A stretch of DNA of 64,000 bases from Vicugna vicugna. Taxonomy: Eukaryota. Shown here piece by piece: positions 45,957-58,505 of this stretch. Position 1 is the first letter of the stretch. Every line of letters starts with the position of its first letter. The stretch covers positions 74,992 to 138,991 of the forward strand of contig MU057555.1 of NCBI GenBank assembly GCA_013265495.1, written 5' to 3'. The notes below the pieces were generated by a model. The model had not been told where the DNA came from and did not search any database. It saw only the letters and a program-made list of their open reading frames with translations. Both the position numbers and the translations under genes were made by a program.

Positions 45957-46379
45957 AAGAACTACTATTTGGTAGCAGTGGTCCTAGCAGTGTTTATCAC
46001 AACTGCAATTGATTTTGAGGTTTGTTTCCTCTAGCTTGTTGCCTCCATGAGGGCAGAGATTAGTCTAAAGGTGCCTACTGAGTGTTTTTTGTGAGTGAAT
46101 GATACATTTGCTACTTTCCTGTGAGGTCAGTCCTTTTAATGTCCACTTCTTACAGACTGGGGAACTGAGCCCCAGAGGACTGCCCTGTAGGGGACAGCTC
46201 TAGTGGTGTTCTCCATCCAGAGTTCCCCTCCCTCCTCACTCTGCTGTGCGAGGCCCAAGAAATAGACGCCCCAGTTCGGACTCCGCTGAACTGGGAAAGG
46301 GCCGGGCTGCAGGTCGAGACTAGCCCAGAAGCGGCTCCCAGACCGGTTTACCCAGTTCCAGGAACCCTGGGCGAGGTCC

Positions 46380-46800
46380 ACTTGTCCAAGGCGGGGAAGA
46401 CACATGTCTCCGTCAAGTTGCTAGCGACGCGGGGCGGGGACTTGATCTACGCTAGGCGGGACCCTCGGGGTGGGTAACCTACAAGGACGCGGGGCGGGGT
46501 TCTGCGGGCGTCAATCACAGGCAGGGGCGGGACATGCAAATATACCTTGCTTTGCACTTATCCCCGAGCCCCGCCCCGCGCGCTGACTGAGCTACTTCCT
46601 AGAACTCCCAGTGTTCTATGCCCCTCGCCCCCAAGCTTGTCCTTTCCGGATTCCGCCCGGACAGTCACCGCTTGGTCTCCTACCTGCAGGGCGCCCCGGG
46701 GGTGTGGGGGCGGGGTTTAGGCGCCGCCCGGGAAGGCGGAGGCTCCGCCCGGGGCTCCTGGGGCTAGGGGTCGGCTCGGAATCGGGTAAATAGCACAGAA
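46380..46800. promoter_or_regulatory. Orphan CpG-rich promoter/enhancer
   Basis: Several GGGGCGGGG boxes, octamer ATGCAAAT 46534-46541, TTCCTAGAA 46596-46604, X-box-like gttgctagcgac. Confidence 0.6.
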
Positions 46801-49800
46801 AACGGGAAATAGGAATTGCCGGAGTTTGAGGCTCAAGCTACCCGTCCTTGATGTGGAGACTACTGAAGCCCCCCATGTATGTCTAGGGGAGCCCAGAACG
46901 CCACACTGGTGTCCAGGGGAACCCCACATCGGTGCCTGAAACCCCCACAGTAGGGCCTAGTGGAGCTCAGATCCACACACCTGTGTTCAGGGGCGCCTAG
47001 ACTTTCCCTGTTTGTGTCCAGGTTTGCTCTCACTAGGGGATTTCATTTGTTTGCTGAAGCTCAGCGTATGGGATTATTCTGCCCATCTGTGTTAGGGGAG
47101 CTAAGGTGTCCCCAAGTTTGTGTCCAGGACAGCTGAGCTCAGGGGCTGTGGCCCTATACCTGCATGGCCTGGTTGGAGGCCTCCCCAAAGCCAGCTCCCT
47201 GCCTACCTTTCACTCAGCCCCTCTCAGCAGAAATTCCCCTGGGTCCCACACCACCTCCCCTCCCTGCCCTTTTATTTCTCACTGCCTTCCAGTCTTCAGA
47301 TCAGGGCCACCTTCCCCAGTACATTGTTGATTCTCAGTTAAGAAGTAATCTCAGCATTTACTGTCCCACGGTCCCCCCTCTCTCCACCTTCTGCACCTAG
47401 GCAGTTCCCCAGGGCCCCCTAGGGTCCTGCCTTCTCCGCCCACCACCCCACTGGCAACAATTAATTTCTCCCTCAACCTGTCCACTCACATCTGGCTGCC
47501 AGCTGCTCGCCCTCACCCTGCCTGCCCCCCAGGGTCTCCCAAGGAACTGCCAACAGCTCTCTGCCTCCTTTTGCCCCTCCAAATCTAGGCTGCCCTGCCA
47601 AAACACAGGGCCACCCCCACCCAGAGTCTGCTAATCAGACAAAGCCAACGGTTAGGGCCTGGAAGAGAGAAGATCTGAAATCAGACAGAGGAGGGGTGGG
47701 GTGTGAAACTTTTAATCCAGAGATGCTGTGGGGTGCGGTGGGGGGAAATGGGTGAAGGGAGGCAGGAGCTTAAATTGTACCTAAAAGCTCGAGATCAAAG
47801 CCTTCTGGCTTCCAGATGAGGACTGTGGGGGAGGGCTGCTCCCCACAGGAGTGGGTAAAGCTGAGCCCCCCTTCCTCGGAAACCCCCTGAGACTCAGCAG
47901 TGACAGCTGTGCCCCAGCCCGCGCCCAGCGGGTTTCCTTTTCCTGTGCTCGCTCCCCCCAATCGGCTGGTCTGCAGTCTGGAGACACTGGCCCGTCCCTT
48001 TTGAAGGGGCTCCCTGGAGGGTCTTCCTGGACAAGGGGGAGGGGACCAGCTGGAGAACAATGGGCTTCTGTGGCTGCAGGACGCCAGGCGCTTCCTGTTA
48101 ACCCTTCCCTTGTGGTGCAGCTGCAGCGGGGGGCCAGGCAAGGGGATTGACAAAGCAAGCACATGTATAGCTTTTTCTCAAGTCCCACGTCTTGCTTGTA
48201 AAAGTACCAGGAAACAGTGAGGCGATTGCAGACCTTGCCCTCAATGGAGTCATAGGGTCTGTTTCTTTTCCCCTCTGTTGCTGAGGGTTGGGCCACCAGG
48301 GGACAGGGCACAGCTCACTGGGAGAAGCCTCTGTGCGGAGCTCTGAGAAATCCCAGGATCCCTGGGGCTTGGCTGGACCCGGCCAGGGGACCCAGGCATC
48401 TCAGGTGAATCCAAAGTACAGCTATGTTTGCCAGCCACTGTTCTAACTGTGCTGCAGGGTTAGCCAGAGGTCACACCCCCTGAGCCAGTTCCCTCATTGG
48501 TGGGAGCCTCCGTTTCCCTCAGTTTAAGAGGTTCTCCCAAGGGCTCGACAGGAACACAGGGTGGTCCTAAGGGGCTGGAGTGAGTGAGCCAAGCCCAGAG
48601 TCTTGGAAACGCTCTGCTCTTCCTTGGAGCCTTGGGAGGACACGTTGGGGAATTAGGTGCTATGTTAATTGAGATTTCATGCAAAGTGCCCTCTGTTTAC
48701 AGAGCTAACCTGAGAAGCATCCTCAGAAGATTCTGTGAGTCTCCGAAGGGCCCCTGGAGACTTGCATCCAACCCTAGGGGCTTCTGGTTTGTTACAGACC
48801 AGGTAACACACCCTGTTCTAAGAAGAGACGGTGTGTGTTGGTACTTACTGCCAGCTGGCTGCTTGGCTGGGTTCCTTCTACCTATTCCCTTAGTTAACCC
48901 CCACTTAGAGGCTGGGTCAGAATTAAAGTAGCACTTTCACTAGTCCTATTTTATAGATGAGGGAATTGAGGCACAGAGCAAACATGTCTAGTAAAGCCAA
49001 GTCCATTGGTTTTCTTTCTCTCCTAGATTTGGGGGTGGGTAGGGATCTTTGTCCAGGCCAGTGGACTTTTGCTTATATATACCCAGGAGCTTATCTCTGC
49101 TTCCCAGATAAGGAAAGAGAGCTCAGGGTGGTGAGATCCATGGCCTGGGTGTCCCTGTCACCACTGGGTGGCCTTTTCTCTCTCTCTCCTGGCATCACCC
49201 ACTGGCTTCGCCCACCAGCTCCCTTCTTCAGTTTTTTCCGACCCACTTGCTGGGTGATTCTGTACCATCTTTTCTCCTGTTTCCTCTGGTGGAAACCTCC
49301 CTGGGGTCCAATTTGGGCAGGGTCAGCCCAGGGGCTTGATGAGGACCCAGTTGGGTTGGGGTTTTGTTGGGGTTTTTTTTTTGTTTGTTTTGTTTTTAGT
49401 GATCATTATTAACTGAGCAAATCCAAACCTCTAGACTAGAAAGGCAGCTGCCAGGGGCCCCCTTGCTGGTGTCTGGGACAGGAAATGGCTCACTGCTTCA
49501 CCCTTAGAGTGGAGGGCGGGCTGGAAAGGCCATCAGAGGCCGCCTTCCCTGTTAGGGCGTTTTTGAGGCCATGGGGGCCTGGGCCTTAGCTTAGCATCTG
49601 GGGCCTGGGCTCCAGGCCAGCCCCCCACACACACACACAACTAGCCTCCACCTGAGGCCCCTTCCCCTCTCTCCCCTCCCTCCTCTCCTCCCCTCCCCTC
49701 CCCTCCCCTGCTGAGGCCCGCCCTCCGGAATGAAACTTGTCCTGGCTTAGAGCCACCAGGAAGGCCAGAGCAAGCCTGCAATTACTCACTGCCGGCTCCC

Positions 49801-50522
49801 TGCCGGCTGTGGCTCTTAGACTCTGTGTGGGGTGGGGGTGGAGCTCTTCCCCCTCGGGCTGTGGGCCCCATGGGTTCAGGAGCAGCGATCAAGTCTGCAG
49901 TACTGAGTTCCAGGAGGTCCCCTCAGACACTGCCTGATAAACAGATCCTGGGATTTTCAAAGTGTTGTCACGTTGTTTGGGCAGGCATTCCCATCAGAAA
50001 GGGGTGGGTGTCAAGCCAGGTCTGAAAGAGAAACCAAAGCTGTGCGAAGGGCCCCCCAGCCCCTGCCCCGGGACCTCCAAAGACTTCCTTTTAGCCAAAG
50101 ACTTCCCCTCTCCTTGCTTTGCTTTGTATTTTAGGCCACTGCCAAGGAGATGGAGTCACTGAGGAGGAGGCATATGAGAGTGGGACCCCTGGGGCCTCCG
50201 CAGTCAGCAGGCACTCATGTGTCTGTCTCTGCAGCCTGAGCATCCTCCCGCCTCCTCTGGCCTCCCTCCCTTCTCCCCAGGCTTGTCGCTCTTTCTCACC
50301 GCTCTGGACATCTGTGGGAGGGGTGAGGACATAGTTGTTGCCCAATCTCCCAGAGGTTCCACTGTGACTAAAATCAGCCCTGTCCCTGAAGACTAGCGAG
50401 GCCAAAGTCAGGTTTTGCCCCCAGGGCCACATGTCCCAAGCTTGGACCTGGGTTTCTGGTCAGACTGGGCAGGCTGGGCCTTCTCAACACCCTGAGCAGA
50501 GGCAGAGTCTAGGCCCAGTGGG

Positions 50523-50524
<2 letters not shown>

Positions 50525-50556
<32 letters not shown>
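50525..50556. repeat. (AC)n microsatellite
   Basis: Direct reading. Confidence 0.95.
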
Positions 50557-50558
<2 letters not shown>

Positions 50559-51373
50559 CTCTGGGAAATTCTCTGCATGGCCCAGGTTCCGTCTGATTGT
50601 CCTGGATCACCCTAGTGTATCTGTCCTGGCTCTTAATGAATTTTCCTCCTTGCGGCTACCCAGTATTTCTGGAAGGCTGGGGAAAGATCCTCAGTTAGGA
50701 CCATCCTCCTGCCAACCACCCCCGGCCCTGGCTCCTTGCTTCCTCCTCGAGACCAGCGTGATTTCTCCCCGAAAACTTCTCCAGCTCCTGTGGCACCAGA
50801 GCCCATCCTATCCCCTTGCTATGGCATCCGTGGTACCCAGAAGCCAGATGGTCTTATGTCCCCTAATGTCCATTCCAGGTTCAGGCACTTCTGAGCTCAG
50901 TGAGAGTTTACTCAGCACCCCTGTGTCCCCCACATGCCCCGAGGCTGTGTGCCCCAGTAGCTCGTCCATTTCCCTGCCGTGACTCTGAGACAAGGAGTGA
51001 CAGCCCTTGACCAGATTTGAGATTTGAACTCAGGTCCGTGGGAGACTTGAAGCACAAGATCTTAAGAAAGACAATAATCATAACAGCTACTGCTTCCTAG
51101 TTTAGGCACTCTCCCCACGGAGTCCTCACCACAAAGCTTTATTACATTGCTATCCTCATTCTACTTCGCAGAAACTGAGGCACAGGGAGGCTGAATAATT
51201 CGCCTGCTATAGTCTATACAGTGAAGAAGTGCCAGAGCCTGGATCGGAACCCAGGCATATGCCACAGTTTCTGGACTCTTGACACTTGGGGTCTGATCGG
51301 TCTCGGGGGGCAAGGTGAGGACACCTGCTGCTTTGGAGGACGTTCAGTTGCAGTCCTGGCCTCCACCCACTAG

Positions 51374-51973
51374 TATTACCCTTAAAACTGGGTTCACCTC
51401 TTGGTGGGTATTGAGCCAGAAGACACCATCAAGCCAAAGATCAGGAGAAGGGAGGATTTATTACTTGCAGCAAGGGAGGAGGTCGCCAGGGACCGTTCCC
51501 AAAGCAGTGTCTCCAAAACAGCAGAATTGGGGAAGTTTTAAGCTAACGGTACATGCATATTCATGAAGGGCTTGAGCAGAGGAGAATTCAGCATCAAAAT
51601 GGGGCAAAGGTCGACAGAGTCCAAGCTTTAGTTGACTGAAGTCAGGAGGGTCAACAGCATCATTCCATCCCCCACCTGGGGTGGTGGTGGGGAGCTTAGT
51701 TCCAGCAGAACCCAGACTATTAGATTGATATGTGCACCCTTGGGGAGGAAGGGACTCTGTTTTATCTGAACTATTGTTTCTTGACTGCTTTTCCTTTGTT
51801 CCTGCACTACCTCACTTCCTTTAAGATCAGTGATTACTGAGACCTGTTCAAGGGCCAGCAGTGTAGCCGAGCTGAGATCACAAAATGGCTTAGGCCAAAG
51901 TTGGCTTCTCTTATGTCAAGAAAGCCATGCCTGGTTCTCTTTTTCTGGGGACCCCCTACCCTATCTGCTTACA
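51374..51973 (-). mobile_element. ERV1-like solo LTR (~600 bp) inserted into a MER20
   Basis: On the minus strand it starts TGTAAGCAGATAGGG, contains AATAAA (tttatt near 51457) and ends ...GGGTAATA. The flanks rejoin as MER20 (cccactag|atg...agttgtggcaaccaaaaatgtc). Confidence 0.65.
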
Positions 51974-53419
51974 ATGAGGTACCAGAGCTCTTCCTCCTAC
52001 AGTTGTGGCAACCAAAAATGTCCCCAGATATGGCTTCATGGTGGGGTAGGGTGAGGGGGCAGGCTTACCACGTACTTTTGACTGTCTTGCCTCTGTACAT
52101 AAGTGCCTGCAAAGTATCGCTGTGTGTGTGTGTGTTTCCCCCAAAACAGGTGTGGAGTACAACTGGAACCTTGGCTTGAGTCCTGGGGTTGGAGGTGATT
52201 GGCAGGTTCTGGCATTTGGGGGAGGGGTCAACAGAGCTGCCATTCTAGGCCTAGTAGCCAGTCCCTGATGGGTGGAGACAGGCAGTCCTCTTCTTCCTTC
52301 CTGGTTCCCAGGAGTGGGCAATGGCGGCAGCGGCTCAGGAGCCAGAGGGCGTGGGGAGCCCTGACCTGGCCTCCGGATTTACTGGGCGGGGGCCCGGGTG
52401 TGGGCTCTGAGGCCCAAGGGCCCTGTGGGTGTGAGAAGAAACCAGAGGCTAAAGTAGGTCTCCCCGCCCGCCTGCCTGCCGCCCTCAGGTCCCACCCAGC
52501 CCTGGCTCCAGGCCAGCGACTGCCAGAATGGTGACTCACAGATCTTCTGAGCCCAGGAGAGAAACAGGGTGCAGGGTCGGGCGGGGGGGTCACCCTCATC
52601 CCTCATCCTCAGCCTTCCCAGCATCCCCATCAGGACCAGGACCCTCGAGGCTGCATTTTATTCTCCCTGCATGACCCCCCATCCTCCCACCAGTGGGACT
52701 TTTTTTTTTTTTTTGGCACCATGCTAGGGCAGGAAGGCGGAAATGAGTGTGGGGCGTGGAACATCTCTGAGGTTGGAATATATTTAGGCCAGGATGAGAG
52801 TGTGTGTGGTGGGGAGCAGTCACGGGTGCTGGTCTGGCGGGCACAAGGAGTGAGCCAGTGTGGGGAGGCTCCCACCTCCTCCCTCTTAAAGACAGAGCTC
52901 CCTGGTTTCCCAGGGGGACCCAGGAAGCTGGAGGCAGAGTACAAAGGACCAGTGGAGGCTCTAGAAGTGGAGACATGTTCTGCACAGCGCCAGACAGGAT
53001 GCTTTACATCTGAAAACCCAAGAGACCCACAGAGGTTAAGTGACTTTCCCAAGGCTGCTCAGGAAAGAAGTGAAGGTACCAGAGTTTGCCTGCTGGTTGT
53101 GCTGGCTGCAAAGCGGGTGTGCCGTTGCCATATTCACGCATGCCGGCATTCATCTGAGCAGCTCTTTATGCACAGACTAGCCTGTGTCAGACGCTGGACG
53201 CATGACTTGTGGGAAAGCCAGAGGTGAACTGGAGCAGTGGCCACATCTGCTCACCATCTCTGCACAGCCCTCGGGTTCAGAATGTTTTTTACATTTTGAA
53301 GCAGTTGAAAACAAAAGAGGAAATATTCCATGAAACGTAAAAATCATACGGAATTACAACTTCAGCCTTTGTAAATTACGTATACACAGTCACACCCATT
53401 CGTGTCCATATCATCTGGC

Positions 53420-54660
53420 TGTTTTTTCTTTTTTTTTAAATTGAGTTAAAATCCATATAACAAAAAATTACAATCTTACCTATTTTTAAGTGTACAGATC
53501 AGTGGTATTAAATAAAAACGTTCATATTGTGCAACATTCACCCATCCCCACGACTTATTTATTTATTTGTTTGTTTGTTTATTGATGTATAATCTGTTTA
53601 CAATGTGTCAATTTCTGGTGTACAGCACAATGCTTCAGTCATATAGGAACATACATATATTTGTTTCCACATTCTCTTTCACCATAAGTTACTATGAGAT
53701 ATTGAATACAGTTCCCTGTGCTATACAGTATAAACTTGTTTATCTATTTTGTATACATTAGTTAGTATCTGCAAATCTCAAACTCTCCACTTATCCCTTC
53801 CCACCCCTCACCCCATAACCATAGGTTTGTTTTCTATGCCTGTGCCCATGACTCTTGTAAATCTGAAACTCTACACTTATTAAGCTATAACTCTCCCTTT
53901 TCCCCTCCCCCTGCCCATACCAGCCACCATTTTACTTTCTATCTCTATGATTTTGGCTAATCTAAGTGCTTCATATTACTGGAATCAAACAGTATTTGTC
54001 TTTTTGTGACTGGCTTCTATCACTCAACATAATGTCCTCAAGGTTCATCCATGTTGTGACATGTGTCAGAATTTTTTTCTTTTTTTTTCAGATTTCAATG
54101 TCATCCTTTAGGGTTTTTCTTAGGTGTAGTATATAGTCAGTTCACAATGTTGTGTCAGTTTCTGGTGTACAGCATAATGTTTCAGTCATACATATGTAAA
54201 CATGTATTCATTTTCATATTCTTTTTCATTATAGGTTACTGCAAGATACTGAATATAGTTCCCTGTGCTATTCAGAAGAGACTTGTTGTATATCTATTTC
54301 ATATAAAATTTCCTTCCTTTTTAAGGCTGAACAACATTCCATTGGATGGATGGGCCACATTTTGGTAACCCAGTCATTCACTGATGGACACTTGGGTTGC
54401 TTCCATATTTTTGGGTATTGTGAATAATACTCCTATGCACTTGGGGGTACAAATAGGCCCTCAAAACCCTCCTTTCAGTTCTTTTGGGTATACACCTAGA
54501 AGTTGAATTGCTGGGTCATGTGGTGATTCCACTGTTCATTTTTTGAAGCCCCTCCCTACCGTTTTCCACAGCAGCTCTTCCGTTTTACATTCCCACCAAT
54601 GATGCACAAGGGCTTCAGTTTCTCCACATCTCCTTCAACACCTGTTGTTTTCTGTTTTTG
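53420..54660 (-). mobile_element. Nested L1 fragments (younger 3' ends inside an older L1)
   Basis: Repeated atagttccctgtgcta and tttctggtgtacagca motifs embedded in L1M-type sequence. Confidence 0.85.
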
Positions 54661-54682
54661 TTGTTGTTGTTTGTTTGTTTGT

Positions 54683-54814
54683 TTGGGAGGGAGGTAACTA
54701 GCTTTATTTATTTATTTGTTTTTATTTATTTATTTAATGGAGGTACTGGGGATTGAACCCAGGACTTCGTGCATGCTAAGTATGCGCTCTACCACTGAGC
54801 TACACACTCCCTCC
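54683..54814 (-). mobile_element. tRNA-derived SINE (Vic-1-like)
   Basis: Reverse complement of g.agggagtgtgtagctcagtggtagagcgcatacttagcatgcacgaagtcctgggttcaatccccagtacctcc, plus AT-rich linker. Confidence 0.85.
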
Positions 54815-55192
54815 AAGTCACTCATTGTAAGTATTGTGTGCATCTGCTTCTGCTTTGGCTTCAAATCAAAGGACTTACCAGGGTGCGGGGTGGGAGGCAG
54901 TGAAGTGCAGGAGTGCAAGTAAGGATTAATGGTGTTAATCCTCTTCTCCTACCAGGCTACTGGGCTTCGTGCTACCTCCCAGCCATGTGTGCACTAGTGG
55001 ATGTGGCCTCCAGGCTGTGGTGAGGGTGACTGCTTCGTATCTGCCCATTGGAGGCAGGAGGGCACCAGGTTCATGAGTCCTTTGGGTGATAACAGGGGTG
55101 GCTGGGGAAAGAGGGCAATTGATATCCACAGTGGGTCATCTTATCCTACTGATTCTTAACATCTTCCTCTGCTGAGGTCACCCTTTGGTGAG

Positions 55193-55556
55193 TGTCTTAC
55201 TCTGTTCAGGCTGCTACAACAAAAATACCATAGACTGGGTGGCTTGTAAACAACAGACATTTATTTCTCACAGTTCTGAAGGCTGAAAGTCCAAGATCAA
55301 GGCTGAAAGCCGGCAGATCTGGTGTCTAGTGAGAGTCTGCTTTCTGGATCGTAGATGGTATCCTCATGTAGGGAAGGGACTAGGGAGCTCTCTGGATTAT
55401 CTTTATAAGGGCACTAATCCCATTCATGAGGGACCCACCCTCATGACCTAATTCCCTCTGAAGGCCCCACCTCCTCATATCATCTCCTTGGGGGTTAGCA
55501 TTTCAACATACGATATTTTTTTTTTTGAGGGGGACACAAACATTTACACTGTAGTA
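55193..55556. mobile_element. MLT1(A-like) solo LTR with TSD GTGAG
   Basis: Same motifs as the copy at 21256; GTGAG at 55188-55192 and 55557-55561. Confidence 0.85.
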
Positions 55557-55715
55557 GTGAGCATCTAGGTTTTTAAAAACTGTTATTTTTGTAAGGGTAG
55601 TGTAAACCTGCACTGTTATAAGCAAAAGATCACATGGTACAGAGCTCTGCTACACTACCTGCTGCCTATTTCTGCTGAGAGTTAAGAACAACTTTTTCAG
55701 GAAAAAAAAAAGAGT

Positions 55716-55859
55716 GGGGAGGGTATAGCTCAGGGTAGAGTGCATGCTTAGCATGCATGAGGTCCTGGGTTCAATCCCCAGTACCTCCACTTAAAAAGAA
55801 TACATAAAAAATAAAAATAATAAATAAACCTAATTATCATCCCCCTGAAAAAAAAAAAA
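55716..55859 (+). mobile_element. tRNA-derived SINE (Vic-1-like) with poly(A) tail
   Basis: ggggagggtatagctcagggtagagtgcatgcttagcatgcatgaggtcctgggttcaatccccagtacctcc (A and B boxes), then aaataaataaacctaattatc and an A-tail. Confidence 0.88.
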
Positions 55860-55864
55860 GACCT

Positions 55865-56430
55865 ATTTATTTTCAAATGGCTGGAAAAGTTTTTCATGAC
55901 TTGAAAATGATCTGCAATGCAAATTTCAGCGTCCAAGGGCCCAGGGTGGGGGGGATGTTGTCAGAGGGTACAAACTTGAAATGAGTAGTAAATACATCCT
56001 AGAGCTTCACAGAGGCATGGAGGTGTAAATACAGACAGCAATGCTGTGCTACAATCATCAGACTTGCTAAGAGAATTGAGCTTAATTTTTCCCACCACTA
56101 AAAGGAAATGATGATTCAGTAAGGCGAGAGAGGTGCTAATTACGGATACAATGGCGATCATATAACAATATATAAACGTATCAGATTATTACGTTGGACA
56201 CCTTAAATTTACACAATGTTATATGTCAAACTTATTTCAATAAAAAAGGTCAGGGTCTATAAATAAAATTTTATTGACACACAGCTGTGTTCACATTCAT
56301 TTATCTGTTATCTGGGGCTGTTTTTATGTGAGGAGGCAGAATTGAGTCCTTGTGACAGAGGCACCCTGGCCCTCAAAGCAGAAAATATTTCCCATCTGGC
56401 CCTTTGTGGAAGTTTGCAGACCCCTGCTCT
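55865..56430. mobile_element. MER58-like DNA transposon interrupted by an L1 3' end (about 55940-56248)
   Basis: caaatttcagcgtcca ... ataaataaaattttattgacacacagc ... gtttgcagacccctg flanking an L1 3' UTR that ends aataaaaaa. Confidence 0.55.
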
Positions 56431-56984
56431 AAGGGGCTGGGGTCATGAATGTCACCCTGATGCTGACTAGGAGCTTCCCTGGGATGTTTGCTTGTTGGCA
56501 CAGCAAAGATGTGGCTGGGAGCTGGGGTTGGAGTGGAGGGGGCACAAGGACATGCTCAGGACTGATGAATAACACTGGGGAGGGGAGGATGGGCTGCCCC
56601 CAGGGGGAGGGGGCCTTTGGGTCTTCGAGATGGAGTGGGGCTGAGCCCTGGGGTGAGCAGGCTGGTGGTGGGGACACAGGAGCAGAGACAGGCAGGCGGG
56701 ACATGCCTCCAGTAATGGCCCTACCCTGGTCTGGCAGATGGGACAGAACCATCTTGTGAACCACCTCCCATCTAACCAGTCATGGGGTCCCATGTCCTGT
56801 CTCTGTGTTTCTCCGTTTTTTTTCTGTCTCATCCTCCAAGCCCTGCCCTGGTGCCATCATCTGTCACTGCCTTGGGTCTGGATATGTGCCCCGCCTCCCT
56901 CAGCTGGTCTCCCTGCCCTTTCATCTCTTTTCTCAGCACAGCCAGTGAACTTAACTTTCCTTTCCCTTTCTTTCTTTCTTTCTC

Positions 56985-58505
56985 TTTTTTATTGAGACAA
57001 AATACATGTAACATAAAATTATTAACCATTTTATTTTATTTTTGAAGTTTTTTTTAATTTAACTTTTTTATTGAAGTATAGTTGATTTACAATGTTGTAT
57101 TAGTTTCTGGTGTACAGCATGGTGATTCAGTTATATTATATATATATATATATATATTCATTATAGGTTATTATAAGCTATTGAATATAGTTCCCTGTGC
57201 TATACACTAGGTCCTTATTGTTTATCTATTTTATGTGTAGTAGTTTGTATCTGTAATCCCAAACTCTTAATTTATCCTACCCCGTGTTTCCTCTTTGGTG
57301 ACCATAAATTTGTTTTCTATGTCTGTGAGTCTCTTTCTGTTTTATAAATAAGTTCATTTGTGTCTTTTTTTTTAGATTCCACATATACACTTCATGATAT
57401 TTGTCTTTTCCTGTTTGACTTACTTCACTTTGTATGATCATCTCTAGGTCCACTCATGTTGCTGCAAATGGGATTATTTCATTCTTTTTTATGGCTGAGG
57501 AGTATTCCACTGTATATATGCCACATCTTCTTTATACAGTCATCTGTTGATGGACATTTAGGTTGCTTCCATGTCTTGGCTGTTGTAAATAGTGCTATTA
57601 TGAATGCTGGGGTGCATGTATCTTTTTGAATTAGAGTTTTCTCCAGATATATGCCCAGGAATGGGATTGCTGGACCATATGGTAATTCTATAAAATTAAC
57701 CATTTCAAAGTGTACAATTCTCTGGCATTAGGACACTCACAATGCACCTCCAGAACATTTCCATCACCCCAAGAAACCCGGAAGACCCACTGGCCGTCAC
57801 TCCCACTGTCCCACCTCCAGCCCCAGGAAACCACCAGTCTGTTTTCTCTCTCTATGGATTTCCCTATTTTGGACGTTTTGTATCAATGGAATCATACACT
57901 ATGTAGTCTTTCGTGTCTGGCTTATTCCAGTTAGCCTATTTTTGAGATTCATCCAGTTGTAGCACGTATCAAAGGTCCAATCCTTTTCCGGATGACGCTC
58001 CGTTGTACACAAATACCACAGTTGTTCATCGTTCATCTGTTGCTGGACATATGGCGCTGTTTCCACCTTAACCGATGACATAAACATATATAACATAAAT
58101 GTTACCATTTTAACTATTTATTTTTTACTTTTTAAAATACACGTAAGATTTTCCATTCTACTCTGTTTTTGTATTTCTACTTTCTGTTTTGTTTTTTTTT
58201 TAACTGGGAGGTAATTAGGTTTATTTATTTGTTTTAATGGAAGGACTGGGGACTGAACCCAGGACCTCCTGCATGCTAAGCACACACTTTACCAATTGAG
58301 CTATACCCTCCCCACTCAGTCTGCTCGTTTTTAAGTGAAAGTTCAGTGGCTTTACGTACAGTTACATTGTCACACAAACATCACCACCATCCACCCCAGA
58401 AAACTTTCCAACTGAAAATTCCAAACTGAACCTCTGTCCCCGTTAAGCAATAATTCCTCGTTTCCCTCACCCCAGCCCCTTGTAACCACTGTTCTTTCTG
58501 TCTCT
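56985..58505 (-). mobile_element. Nested L1 cluster, including a younger L1 at about 57040-57690
   Basis: ORF 57479..57703 (-) translates as the L1 ORF2 C-terminus (ELPYGPAIPFLGIY...FIIALFTTAKTWKQPKCPSTDD). Confidence 0.88.
58203..58313 (-). mobile_element. tRNA-derived SINE (Vic-1-like)
   Basis: gaggtaattaggtttattt...ctggggactgaacccaggacctcctgcatgctaagc...gagctataccctcccc. Confidence 0.85.

Noticed and set aside
55716..55790. tRNA-like sequence with A and B boxes
   Set aside because: Followed by the SINE linker and A-tail, and present as five diverged copies: a SINE head, not a tRNA gene.
57479..57703. ORF resembling a protein C-terminus
   Set aside because: L1 ORF2 remnant, not a host gene.
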